This document shows positions 36,786-47,099 of a stretch of 64,000 nucleotides of DNA, one piece after another; the stretch's first letter is position 1; every line of letters starts with the position of its first letter. Below the pieces are notes generated by a model. The model was not told the origin of the DNA. It did not search any database and saw nothing but the letters and a program-made list of their open reading frames with translations. This DNA comes from a virus, in IMG/VR virus record IMGVR_UViG_3300003323_000541, positions 1 through 64,000 of that record; one strand, written 5' to 3'. A program made the position numbers and the translations under genes.

Positions 36786-37107
36786 TGGAGTATTTCTATC
36801 CTTTGATCATCTGCGTATGTATAACCAGGATATAGAAAGACTTCATGGATTAGAAGAAGTGGTTGTAAAACAAGATTCTGCTCTTACACAATGTCAAAGT
36901 ATATTAGACAATGGTAAGATATTAATTGCTGAAAAAGATGGAGTGATTGTCAATCTAAAGAAAGAAGTTTCACAAAAAGATGAGATAATAACCATCATGG
37001 AAAAAGATGCTAAGAAAGATAAGAAAAAGAAGATCTGGAGCATCATTGGTGGAGTTGGAGGTGGTATAGCAGCAGGTATAATCACAGGATTTCTCATAGC
37101 AAAGTAA
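36688..37107 (+). CDS. spanin-like protein overlapping the i-spanin candidate
   Basis: signal MKKLILLVASMTMIHFC, coiled coil, C-terminal TM; overlaps 3' end of previous gene. Confidence 0.5.
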   Translation: MKKLILLVASMTMIHFCTPQNTSPAEIQLNGVSGVFLSFDHLRMYNQDIERLHGLEEVVVKQDSALTQCQSILDNGKILIAEKDGVIVNLKKEVSQKDEIITIMEKDAKKDKKKKIWSIIGGVGGGIAAGIITGFLIAK

Positions 37108-37116
37108 TGTTAAAAA

Positions 37117-37142
37117 CGTAACAAACGGAAAGACACTCCGTA
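37117..37142 (+). promoter_or_regulatory. ECF-like promoter CGTAAC-N16-CGTA
   Basis: intergenic, same spacing as the other copies. Confidence 0.65.
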
Positions 37143-37165
37143 TAAGACGTCTAAACATTTACCAT

Positions 37166-38278
37166 ATGACAGTACAACAATTTGACAAAAACGGAGATTT
37201 ACTTGCAACTTACAACTCCATTGAACAAGCCTCAGGTTATACTAATATATCTGAGAGAAAAATCAAAAGATGTTTATCTGGTGAGCTACTTACTGGAGGA
37301 GGCTTTGTCTGGAAAAAGCAAGAAGATCTAGATGTCCAAGTTATTAATGGAGCTGATTTATTATCCTCTGAAGAATTTAAGAATTCTGTTAAACTTTCAA
37401 TCTACGACAATCAGAGCAGCTCTAAATTACAAAATATGACTACAGCAGAAACATTAAGACTATTTGAAGAATTTCTTGAATGGAAGAATGGTGGCTCACC
37501 TAAATCTTCCCCTGTAAACGGCGTTAAATGCGATCAGGAAGGACTTCATGTAGTAGCTGGATGTATACACCTACCAGCACATAATAAGCGCTTATATGAC
37601 GCGTTTTTGAATCTGTTATCAGATGTTGATTCAGAATTAAAAGGAATTCATTTAATTGGTGATATTCTCGATTGTAACAATCTTTCTTCACATAGTTTAG
37701 GTAATATATCTTCTTCCACCTTGTCTGAGGAATATGAGCTTGCTAATAAAGCATTAGACATGTTAGATGAGGCTCTTCCTAAGGAAGTAGTAAAGAACTA
37801 TATATGGGGTAACCATGAAGAAAGGTATACGCGTGTTACAGCTAAGGTGGACATGGCTAAATTTGGTGGAGCATTACTCTCCCCTACAATAGCTTGTAAA
37901 TTTAAAGAAAGAGGTTATAGCGTTCAAGAGAACTACACTGATGCATATATTTCATTAGGTAATTATCTTGATCTTATTCATGGTCAATATACTACAACTA
38001 ATCCAGCTAAGAAACACTTAGATGCTTATAAGAAATCTGTAATGTTTGCTCACACACATAAGATAGACTCTTATTTTGATGCAGACAAAGCTTCTTTTAA
38101 CATCGGATGGATGGGTGATAAGGATCATAGTTACTTTAACTATGCTTCAAGAATCACCAAAGCAAGCTGGCAAAATGGATTCTCAATTGTACACATTGAT
38201 TCTAATGGTTATTATCATGTTCAACAGATCCATTGGTATAATGATCGCTTTTATTACGGAGGTAAATGTTATAAATAA
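37166..38278 (+). CDS. NUMOD1-like domain fused to a calcineurin-like metallophosphoesterase
   Basis: VQQFDKNG...YNSI.QA...GGFVW N-terminus; GDILD, GNHE, HG, AHTH motifs. Confidence 0.8.
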   Translation: MTVQQFDKNGDLLATYNSIEQASGYTNISERKIKRCLSGELLTGGGFVWKKQEDLDVQVINGADLLSSEEFKNSVKLSIYDNQSSSKLQNMTTAETLRLFEEFLEWKNGGSPKSSPVNGVKCDQEGLHVVAGCIHLPAHNKRLYDAFLNLLSDVDSELKGIHLIGDILDCNNLSSHSLGNISSSTLSEEYELANKALDMLDEALPKEVVKNYIWGNHEERYTRVTAKVDMAKFGGALLSPTIACKFKERGYSVQENYTDAYISLGNYLDLIHGQYTTTNPAKKHLDAYKKSVMFAHTHKIDSYFDADKASFNIGWMGDKDHSYFNYASRITKASWQNGFSIVHIDSNGYYHVQQIHWYNDRFYYGGKCYK

Positions 38279-38301
38279 AAGTTAAAAAAGTTCATAAAAA
38301 A

Positions 38302-38327
38302 TGAAACATTTTTGTCCCTTAGACGTT
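38302..38327 (+). promoter_or_regulatory. ECF-like promoter TGAAAC-N16-CGTT
   Basis: upstream of ring/IHF/muzzle operon. Confidence 0.75.
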
Positions 38328-38357
38328 TAATACATGTTTAAGGGACTTTTTGTTTTT
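38314..38357 (+). terminator. intrinsic terminator overlapping the promoter -10 box
   Basis: GTCCCTTA...TAAGGGAC hairpin followed by TTTTTGTTTTT. Confidence 0.6.
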
Positions 38358-38373
38358 AACACAATTTAAAATA

Positions 38374-39081
38374 ATGACCTTAGACCAACTAATATACCAA
38401 GTCTACGAAAGACTGGACATAAACGCAGATGATACCTCAGCTGATGATCGATTAATAGAACAATTGATTAATCAACAGAGGTCTCTGTGGATAAGAAATG
38501 AATATAATAAGAATCGGTCCATTGATGTTAATGTGGTACAAGACTTAGGTTGTATACCAATAATACCAGTGGACCGAGCTGTTGAATGCTGTGATGTAGC
38601 ATTAGGATGTACTATCCTTAGAACAGCCGAACCAATACCTAATACAATCGAATTACATCACGATGATACCATAACAAGGGTAGGACCTATTGACATGCTA
38701 GGAAGAGCCTATAAGGAGCTAGAATACCCCTCAGAGGTACAATTCTTTGGTCATGGTAGAGTTAATAGTGGTTTCATTTATTGGTTTAAAAGAAGTACCT
38801 CAAATGGACTCTATATCTATTTGGTATCAAGATCCAATGAACAAATGAAGCTCTTAACGGACATTAACGTTCAAGGGGTATTTGAAGATCCAAGAGAAGC
38901 TGGAAGATTCAGGACATGCGACAATAAACCATGTTGGAGTCCTTCACATAAATATCCAATGAATGATTGGATGAGCAATTATGTCCTGGGAGAAGTTGTT
39001 AAAATAATGGCTACTAAGATACAGGCTCCTCAAGATCTTGAATCAGATAATAAGGACAATACTAAAACGGACAATAAATAA
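38374..39081 (+). CDS. tail ring protein
   Basis: QDLGCIP, GVFEDP, YPM motifs of crAss-like ring proteins; ATG at 38374. Confidence 0.7.
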   Translation: MTLDQLIYQVYERLDINADDTSADDRLIEQLINQQRSLWIRNEYNKNRSIDVNVVQDLGCIPIIPVDRAVECCDVALGCTILRTAEPIPNTIELHHDDTITRVGPIDMLGRAYKELEYPSEVQFFGHGRVNSGFIYWFKRSTSNGLYIYLVSRSNEQMKLLTDINVQGVFEDPREAGRFRTCDNKPCWSPSHKYPMNDWMSNYVLGEVVKIMATKIQAPQDLESDNKDNTKTDNK

Positions 39082-39629
39082 TGAACAGGAAGGGGAAGAA
39101 GAATAAGATTAAGCCTGATTATTTCTTTAAGGACATATACAAATGGTTCAAGAAGAATATTCTTCCCGAAGAATGTCCATATGATATATCCTATGCTACC
39201 TGGTGTTCAATTAATGAAGAACTAAATGAAATGTTCATAGAACGCGTTTTAAGCGGTTCTGTTGAACGATTACCATGCAGACTAGGGTTACTAAAGATAA
39301 TCAAATATAAGCCTAAATTAAAGCTTAATTCAGATGGTGAGGTGGACTCTCGAAAGATACCTGTGGACTATAAGAAGACAATCGAATATTGGAGAGAAGT
39401 ATACCCTGGAAAAACCATCGAAGAAATAAAAGAGATTGAAGATAGAATTTATATCTATCACGATAATAAACACAGCAGAGGATATATAGCAGAGTTCTAC
39501 TGGGATCGGAGATCCTCTAACCTACCTAATAAATCAGCTTACGATTTCATACCCTTTAGAAAATACAATCGTAAGATAGCTGCAATAATGAAAGATCCCA
39601 CTTCTAAAATAGATTATTACATGAAATAA
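39081..39629 (+). CDS. crAss-like IHF-related protein
   Basis: LPCRLG.L.I.K...PVDYKKT...HDNKHSRGY...FYW; synteny before tail tube and muzzle genes. Confidence 0.7.
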   Translation: MNRKGKKNKIKPDYFFKDIYKWFKKNILPEECPYDISYATWCSINEELNEMFIERVLSGSVERLPCRLGLLKIIKYKPKLKLNSDGEVDSRKIPVDYKKTIEYWREVYPGKTIEEIKEIEDRIYIYHDNKHSRGYIAEFYWDRRSSNLPNKSAYDFIPFRKYNRKIAAIMKDPTSKIDYYMK

Positions 39630-39630
39630 T

Positions 39631-40437
39631 ATGGCCCTTTCAGGAAAATTAATACCACTAGATTCTATAATCGAAAAGGTTCAAAGTAACTTTAAATTTA
39701 ATGTGGAATTTGATTGGCAAGATGCTGCTGAATGGGTGGCATCTTTACTTGCTTTATTGGATGTACCTTCAGCTCTTGTTCAAAAGGTAACTGATGGACA
39801 TGATGGAAATCCACAACCTATAAAGATAGAAGATTATCGAGGTAATTTACCTTGTGATCTTCATTCTATTATTCAGACATCAAGGGACTTTTCTGATGCT
39901 GAATGCTCAGGAGATGTTCGTCTGGTACCTATGAGATATGCTACAGACACATTTCATACTAGATTCCATTGTGAGGATTGTCCTGATCTCTCGTGTTCAT
40001 CAGGAGAAACCTATATAGTTAATAACAATCATATATTCACTAACTTCAAAGAAGGAACTGTATATATGTCCTATTTGGCTATTCCAACTGATGAGAGAGG
40101 CTTTCCTATGGTCCCTTACGAAGAGTCCTGGAGAAAAGCTATGGAATGGGAAATAGCTTATAGAATAGCATTTATCCTGTTTCTCAGAGACGAGATTTCT
40201 GGTGACAAGTTTCAGCTCATAGAAAGGGACAGAGACTGGTATTCAGCACAAGCTGTACATAAGGCTAAAATGCCTTCTATCGACGAATGGGAATCTATTA
40301 AGAACAATGTCATCAGAAGTATTCCTAAGATTAATCATCACAGAGACTTCTTCAAGAATATGCAGATGCCTGAAGAACGATATATTTGGCCACTAAGAAG
40401 AGAATTAAATATCGCCAGACCTAGCAATTTAAGATAA
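39631..40437 (+). CDS. tail tubular/ring protein
   Basis: IEDYRGNLPCD, TNFKEG.V.MSY.AIPTDE.GFP motifs. Confidence 0.75.
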   Translation: MALSGKLIPLDSIIEKVQSNFKFNVEFDWQDAAEWVASLLALLDVPSALVQKVTDGHDGNPQPIKIEDYRGNLPCDLHSIIQTSRDFSDAECSGDVRLVPMRYATDTFHTRFHCEDCPDLSCSSGETYIVNNNHIFTNFKEGTVYMSYLAIPTDERGFPMVPYEESWRKAMEWEIAYRIAFILFLRDEISGDKFQLIERDRDWYSAQAVHKAKMPSIDEWESIKNNVIRSIPKINHHRDFFKNMQMPEERYIWPLRRELNIARPSNLR

Positions 40438-43400
40438 TGCCGAAGATTACTTCATCATATATTCAAGGACTATCTCAAGATAGAGCTATTAGTAAGAACG
40501 ATAATAAGCACATAACATTTGGACTTAATATCGATCTTTCTTCATTTGATAACCCAGAGGATGTCGGTATAGTTACCAATCATTCTGGGACAAAGTTCTA
40601 TTGGAGATTACCTGATTTACAACCGGTATATAAAATAGAACTATCGGGGACCCTCGGTAATGGTTCTATAGGAATAGATACGGACACTTCGCTAATAACG
40701 GTATCTTCCACAACAACAATAAAGGATGTATACGATCAACTTATAATAGATTTTGGTGGACAAATAGCATCTGGGGATTATGGTATCCATTACAATAATG
40801 AATATATCATCATCACGGGCTTTGGAATGAATCCTACACCTGTAGTCTCTGCACAGTTTACAGTAACTACTATTGTATCAGCACAAAGGGATCTATCTAT
40901 TATAGGTTGGACACAACTAGAAGAGGAGATAATTCTTCTCTCTACATCAAGGATTAATACCTCAGAGAACCCTTCTAATACTGCTGGACAAATATGGAGA
41001 GTTGAAATAGATGAGGAAACAGAAGAACCAATTGGTTTATCTGCAGGATCTCTTGTAGCAGCAACTCACCTTGTATATAATCAAATATTGAACTTTTCAT
41101 TGGCTCATGAAATAGAAAGAGAGACCATAGCTAAAAAGGAAAGTTCCATTAAAGGAAATGTTTATTGGACTGATGGATATAATCCACCAAGGGTAATAAA
41201 TATCTACAATCCTCAAAGCTTTGCAATTGATCCTTCTCTTTTAGATTGGACTCCTAGTGTGGACCATTCTATTCCTATTATTCAGGATATTATCGAAGGA
41301 GGAACCAATAGGGTGGGCAGATATCAATTTGCATACAGATATATCTCTAATGATGGTGCAGTAAGTACTTTTTCTCCTGTTAGCAATTTAGTTAATTTAA
41401 CAGATTCTACAGCAACAGAACCATATCAGGATTTTGATGGAGCAGAAGCCGGAACAGAATCAGGTAAGTCCATTAGGTTTAAGATAACCAACCTAGATAG
41501 ATTATTTGACTTCCTGGAGGTTGCTGTTGTTATATATGAAGTTAAGGATGTACCATTAGTATATAAGTTTGCAGAAATACCAATTGATGGTGACGAAATA
41601 AATATTGTCTATACTGGTAATGAACCAAAGAGTCCTATAACTTTATCAGAGTTCGTTAATCCAAATACTTCGTTTAAAACGATTAAAACCTTTACACAGA
41701 AGAAGGAGAGACTATACCCAGCTAATACCACAACTGAAAGCTTTGAGGTTGATATAGACACCAGAGCATATAGATTTAAATCTTTGCAGACTACCACCCA
41801 ATTGTTTAAAAGAGATGGTACTAGTGATACATTAAACGGTACTACATTTGAAATTGGTGGTAATCCTGTACCTGATGAACATGATGCGGTGAATGCCTAC
41901 AATGATGAATCAGGAACCGTATTTGGGTCCATAGGTGCTGTTAACTGGACAGTTAATCATCAATATAAATATCAATATAATTCCACTAGATTAGGTGGAA
42001 CTGGTCCTGTTATATCTTATTCTTTCTTTAGAAAAGAACTAACCGGAGATGAGGTTAATGATACAGATAGGAGCAATGTACCTTTTGTATACCTTAATCC
42101 TATTACAGTAACCAACGATAACTTAGGTATTACAGGACAAGATTATCCAACTTTCGGTCCGTATGATAATTTCAAGAGTCCACAGATGTCTTCTGTGTTT
42201 AAAGGACACGCACGAGGGGAAGTCTATCCATATGGTATAGTATTTACCAATAGTAAAGGACAAGAATCGTTTGTATACTGGATTGCTGATATAAGAATAC
42301 CTGAACCATGGGAAGATAAAGACGCCGATCTATCGGTGGTTGATGGTTCCAATGCTGATATGTTATTCTTAAATTCTATAGGTATAACCTTTACTGTAGA
42401 CACAGCAGCAGTTCTAGCGGCTGATCCTACAATTACAGGTTGGTATTTCGTTCGAATGGAAAGAAAGGAGAACGATAAAACCAGACATGGAATGGGAGTA
42501 ATCACTGGTATTGAAGCATTTCTTGACCCCAATGCAGATGGTTCTAGGATAGATTTAGCATCTGGTGGAAACGTAGATGTGTTCATGTTAGGAACAAGAT
42601 ATGGACCTGACGCAGCTATTCCTGATATGCTAGACCTCAACAATAATTTCGACACTAATCCATTGATAGACCTCAATGATTCGAAATTAGCTAGCTACTA
42701 CTCTCCTGAGATTGACTTCAACAGATATTCAATAGGTACTGCAGCATTTGCTAAATTACTTCATGTATATAATTTCAAAACAACAAGATATTGGGCTGGA
42801 GAATTACCCGCTGGTAATAAAATAGTAGCAGACTATCGTAAGTTACAGGACATTGATAATTCCCCTGCAAATAACTATTATAATATAAATAAGAGTACTC
42901 CACTAACTATAGAGACTATAGTTCCTAGCAACTTTAGTACTTCGTTAGGATCAAGGGACTATCATCATATATTTAACTATAAACCTGATGCTGGTGGTAC
43001 AGGGGCCGATCATGAACTATCGGGATTTGGAACTAAAGGACTGTTCATAGAATTTGCTACAGACATTCCTACAATAACCCCACCAAATGATCAATTTTAT
43101 TTAGCATCACTTGGCTCATTTAATATCGGACAATATGGTGGACCATGGAGAACCAACCGATATAACAGGATATATATATCAGCACAGTCTTACCAGCCAA
43201 TAAAGGTAGCTAACTCTCCACAAACTACTACTGTATTTGGAGGAGATGTAAATATGGTATACTATTCAAGGGTACTATCATTCATGCATTGGAAACAAGA
43301 TTACGGTTATCCTACAGCTACATCTAGTGGTCTTGGACAAGCTTATGAACCAGTTGCTGCAGCAATGTCTGCTGTAGCTATAGTGTTCCCATGTGAAAGT

Positions 43401-44915
43401 ACTGTAAACACAGAATTCTTATATGGTAAATATTGGAACAAGAGTCAAGTCTCCCAATTTAGTGATGATCACTTTGGGGATGGTATAAATGATAATGATG
43501 GCTTTGCCAGGTTCCTGGTAGATGAATACACCTACAATAATTCATATGATCAGGAGAATAACATAAAACAGTTTATAAGTAAACCGTTCAACTTTACTCC
43601 CGATGAATCACAGCCTAATTTTGTATGGGCAAGTAATCGGAAATTCGATCGTGAAACAAAGGACAGTTGGAGAATGTATCCGGTTAATAACTTTATACCA
43701 CTAGAGGGAATATATGGACCAATTAATAAAATAGTTAATCTTAAAGAACTATTGTTTGCATATCAGCAAAGAGCTGTTGCTAATGTATCTTCTGAAGAAC
43801 GAGGAGCAGTCCCTGATGATGCAGGACAGGTATTCCAGGTGGGCACAGGAGATGTCCTATCGAGATACGATTATGTATCTAAAGAAACAGGAGTATCTCA
43901 CCAACAAGCAGTCGTAGTTAGTCCATCTTCTGTATTCCATTATGATTCCAGACTAGATAAAATGTTCAGACTACAGAAAGGTATAGAACCTATTAGTGAC
44001 CTACTAGGGTTAAATACATTCTTCAAACGGTTCATAAAGGGCCCTATAAGAACAAATGAAAAGATATTATTAAGAAGTGGTATTCATGGATCTTATGATA
44101 GTAAACTAAGTAAGTGTTACTTCACGTTCTTAAACCAGATACCGTTCAAACATGGTGATATTACCTTTAGTATAGGTAATCCATCAACTATGACTATCAA
44201 TGCTTATGAACCCACTTATCTGTTTGATATACTTAGGAAAAGAGATATTATAGAATTAAATAATAATATATTTGAAGTAGTATCTATAACACCTACCAAA
44301 CTGGTTGTTAAAGGGGATGATATAGTAGCTAATCCAACATTTATATCTTTACATTGCACCGTTGCGTTCAATGAGTTCATAAATGCTTTTGAGAGCTTCT
44401 ATTCCTTTACCCCTTCATTATACCTCCCCACAGGTAAACGATTATTCTCGACTAATCCATATGATACTAATAATTCTGTATGGGTCCATAACAAAGGAGA
44501 CTACGGAGTATTCTATGGAAGAAGTCCACAACCCTCATTAGTAGAGTTTATACTAAACTTCCCTGATGAATCTAAATTACCGACATTCAGAGTAGATTAT
44601 TTAGAATGGTGGAGCCAATCAATTGATAGTAATCGATTAGACGTTGTTCTAGACACTTTAAATGGTATAGAGGTATATAATGATTACCAGACTACAGATA
44701 ATAGCTTAGAAACGCTAATAGTGGGCTCTAATGTAGATAGAATGGAAAGAACTTGGAGAACCAATGTCATCAGAGATTGGACAACTCCCAGTGAAACCTT
44801 TAAAGCATTCTTGCGAGATAAATATGCTAAAGTAAGATTGAAGTATAATAACGATAATAATTATAAGTTTAAACTTCATGAATTCAATACTAATATAACA
44901 TTATCATATCATTAA
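40437..44915 (+). CDS. muzzle / tail stabilisation protein
   Basis: 1492 aa; YWTDG.NPPR.IN, RGEVY.YGIVF, VFGGD, FESFYSF, LRDKY motifs; synteny. Confidence 0.85.
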   Translation: MPKITSSYIQGLSQDRAISKNDNKHITFGLNIDLSSFDNPEDVGIVTNHSGTKFYWRLPDLQPVYKIELSGTLGNGSIGIDTDTSLITVSSTTTIKDVYDQLIIDFGGQIASGDYGIHYNNEYIIITGFGMNPTPVVSAQFTVTTIVSAQRDLSIIGWTQLEEEIILLSTSRINTSENPSNTAGQIWRVEIDEETEEPIGLSAGSLVAATHLVYNQILNFSLAHEIERETIAKKESSIKGNVYWTDGYNPPRVINIYNPQSFAIDPSLLDWTPSVDHSIPIIQDIIEGGTNRVGRYQFAYRYISNDGAVSTFSPVSNLVNLTDSTATEPYQDFDGAEAGTESGKSIRFKITNLDRLFDFLEVAVVIYEVKDVPLVYKFAEIPIDGDEINIVYTGNEPKSPITLSEFVNPNTSFKTIKTFTQKKERLYPANTTTESFEVDIDTRAYRFKSLQTTTQLFKRDGTSDTLNGTTFEIGGNPVPDEHDAVNAYNDESGTVFGSIGAVNWTVNHQYKYQYNSTRLGGTGPVISYSFFRKELTGDEVNDTDRSNVPFVYLNPITVTNDNLGITGQDYPTFGPYDNFKSPQMSSVFKGHARGEVYPYGIVFTNSKGQESFVYWIADIRIPEPWEDKDADLSVVDGSNADMLFLNSIGITFTVDTAAVLAADPTITGWYFVRMERKENDKTRHGMGVITGIEAFLDPNADGSRIDLASGGNVDVFMLGTRYGPDAAIPDMLDLNNNFDTNPLIDLNDSKLASYYSPEIDFNRYSIGTAAFAKLLHVYNFKTTRYWAGELPAGNKIVADYRKLQDIDNSPANNYYNINKSTPLTIETIVPSNFSTSLGSRDYHHIFNYKPDAGGTGADHELSGFGTKGLFIEFATDIPTITPPNDQFYLASLGSFNIGQYGGPWRTNRYNRIYISAQSYQPIKVANSPQTTTVFGGDVNMVYYSRVLSFMHWKQDYGYPTATSSGLGQAYEPVAAAMSAVAIVFPCESTVNTEFLYGKYWNKSQVSQFSDDHFGDGINDNDGFARFLVDEYTYNNSYDQENNIKQFISKPFNFTPDESQPNFVWASNRKFDRETKDSWRMYPVNNFIPLEGIYGPINKIVNLKELLFAYQQRAVANVSSEERGAVPDDAGQVFQVGTGDVLSRYDYVSKETGVSHQQAVVVSPSSVFHYDSRLDKMFRLQKGIEPISDLLGLNTFFKRFIKGPIRTNEKILLRSGIHGSYDSKLSKCYFTFLNQIPFKHGDITFSIGNPSTMTINAYEPTYLFDILRKRDIIELNNNIFEVVSITPTKLVVKGDDIVANPTFISLHCTVAFNEFINAFESFYSFTPSLYLPTGKRLFSTNPYDTNNSVWVHNKGDYGVFYGRSPQPSLVEFILNFPDESKLPTFRVDYLEWWSQSIDSNRLDVVLDTLNGIEVYNDYQTTDNSLETLIVGSNVDRMERTWRTNVIRDWTTPSETFKAFLRDKYAKVRLKYNNDNNYKFKLHEFNTNITLSYH

Positions 44916-44916
44916 T

Positions 44917-47058
44917 ATGAGAAAGAGACTATATCAATTTGGAGGGAAACAACAAGGGATTGGACCATATAATCAATTTGGTAATACAAGAAAGGTTTTT
45001 ACAGGATATCCTCAGGAAGTAGATGTACCCTTCATTAATAACTGGAATAATTTTCAGAACTGGTTAGGTGAAAAGAAATATGCCGGAGATCCGAGATTAG
45101 ATACAGACGAACAATATCGATCTCAAGTTCTTGGTGAGTTCAATAAGATGAATAATCTTAATTGGACAGATCAGGATATATTAAGAGGACAAAAAGCATT
45201 TAATACATATTATAACTGGGCATCACAGAATAATCCTAATGATCCGGTATTACAAGGTAATCAACCTTTAAAAGAAGAGGGTATACTTGGACAGTATACA
45301 TCTAACAAGAAATATCTCCCAGCAAGACTTGATAGCACAGGATCTAAGCAAAAGATTATACAGCAATTTGGTGGTCCTACCAATCAGCTTAATCAAGATA
45401 CAACAAGGACTAATACAATGTATGTTCCTGATTGGGTTAGAAAAGTAGCAGGCTTTATACCAGGTGCTAATGCAATGATAGATGCTGCTAAAAATAGAGA
45501 TGGCTTAGGTGCTGTAACAGGAGCTTTCCAAACAATAGGATCTTCTGTTGGAGCTGGAATGGGACTAGGGTCTACTATAGGTGGATTTATGGGAGGAAAC
45601 AAGAATTCTCCGATGAATATGGAAGCTGCTCAACCTGCAATTTTTCAAATGGGAGGACCTATGTTAACGAAAGTTAATGGACCATCTCATACAGAAGGTG
45701 GTATTCAAATGGGTAACTCAGAGGTTGAAGGTAACGAGGTTGTTCAAAATAAACCTCAGGGAAATAAATATATATATAGCGACTCCATAAGACTACCTGG
45801 AGAAAAGAAAACCATAGCTCAACAAGCTGATTATATTAATAAGAAGCTTGAAATGAGACCTAATGATAGTATAACAAAGAACTGGTCTAGAGTTGAATTA
45901 AAGGATCTTGAGGATGCTCAGGAAGGAGCTAAAATGAATTATATGATGAATAATGTTCCAGGTGTTATGCAGTATGGTGGAGAGCTTTCTAAGTCTGCTC
46001 AAGGATCAATACCTGAAAAGAAAGGACCTGCTCTTATGGAGGGTAATGTGTCCTTTGGTAAAAAAGCGTTAAATTCCATTCGAATGGATGAGGTTAAGCA
46101 ATCTCCGGATCAACCTAATCTTGATAGATATACTTTCTCGGCTGCTTTTGGAACAGCCCGTAAAATGGGACTTAATACATTTCTATATAAAGGAAAGACC
46201 TATAATACAGGAGCTATAGTACAGCCTCCTGGTACAATGCAGTATGGTGGAGGCATTGATCCGTTAGCCCCTGTTATTCCACAAGGACCAGATACATTAG
46301 GACTAACTATGGGTGATATGCCTAATTCGATGTCACCTGTTAATTTTACGCCTTCTCAGTTAGCGACTATTCCTAATAGAACTCAATCTCCTGTTGTTCC
46401 TAGTATACCACCAGTTGCAGGAGGTCAAGGAGCTAATCCAATGGTCCCTCAATCTCCTCCTGGAGAATACAATCCTAACTTTGGATTAGGAATTGCAGGT
46501 TCAATGTTTGGTCCTCTGGCTAATATAACAGCAGCAGCTTTCTCTAAAGGCTCATTAATGAATCCTAAAATTCAATATGATCGGATAAATAATAGACCCG
46601 CTGAGGTATTAGCAGAGCAACAAGCAGCTAATCAAACAGCAACATCAAGAGATGCTTTTAGGAACTTATCTCCCACAGCAGGATCTTTCTTGACAAACAT
46701 GGGAATTACTTCGACTAATAATGCTGCAGCTTTAGGTAGAAATATAGCTGATATTAATCTGAAAGGTCAGCAAATGAATCAAGGTATTCAGATGCAGGAA
46801 ACTAATATGAACCAAGCTATTACTTCAGGAAATAATGCTATGAGAGATGCTGATAGAGCCCGTAGATGGCAATTAGCCATGGAAGGAGCCGCTGGTATTG
46901 GTAATAACTTAATGGGTATTAACAGAGATATTAATGCTAACAGATCTCAGAATACTGCTCTTAAATTCCTTAACACACCTAACTACAGAATTAAATACGA
47001 TTCTAAAGGTAATCCTGTTGGAATTGAATATATGTCGGGACTTCCTAACAAAGGTTAA
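44917..47058 (+). CDS. internal virion cargo protein
   Basis: GPSHTEGGI...EVEGNEV...YIYSD motif, Gly-rich hydrophobic segments, five xQxGG repeats; follows muzzle. Confidence 0.7.
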   Translation: MRKRLYQFGGKQQGIGPYNQFGNTRKVFTGYPQEVDVPFINNWNNFQNWLGEKKYAGDPRLDTDEQYRSQVLGEFNKMNNLNWTDQDILRGQKAFNTYYNWASQNNPNDPVLQGNQPLKEEGILGQYTSNKKYLPARLDSTGSKQKIIQQFGGPTNQLNQDTTRTNTMYVPDWVRKVAGFIPGANAMIDAAKNRDGLGAVTGAFQTIGSSVGAGMGLGSTIGGFMGGNKNSPMNMEAAQPAIFQMGGPMLTKVNGPSHTEGGIQMGNSEVEGNEVVQNKPQGNKYIYSDSIRLPGEKKTIAQQADYINKKLEMRPNDSITKNWSRVELKDLEDAQEGAKMNYMMNNVPGVMQYGGELSKSAQGSIPEKKGPALMEGNVSFGKKALNSIRMDEVKQSPDQPNLDRYTFSAAFGTARKMGLNTFLYKGKTYNTGAIVQPPGTMQYGGGIDPLAPVIPQGPDTLGLTMGDMPNSMSPVNFTPSQLATIPNRTQSPVVPSIPPVAGGQGANPMVPQSPPGEYNPNFGLGIAGSMFGPLANITAAAFSKGSLMNPKIQYDRINNRPAEVLAEQQAANQTATSRDAFRNLSPTAGSFLTNMGITSTNNAAALGRNIADINLKGQQMNQGIQMQETNMNQAITSGNNAMRDADRARRWQLAMEGAAGIGNNLMGINRDINANRSQNTALKFLNTPNYRIKYDSKGNPVGIEYMSGLPNKG

Positions 47059-47062
47059 TAAA

Positions 47063-47088
47063 CGAAACCTTTTAACTAAATTTTCGTT
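47063..47088 (+). promoter_or_regulatory. ECF-like promoter CGAAAC-N16-CGTT
   Basis: intergenic, upstream of ejection-protein/RNAP genes. Confidence 0.7.
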
Positions 47089-47099
47089 AAGTGAGAGTT

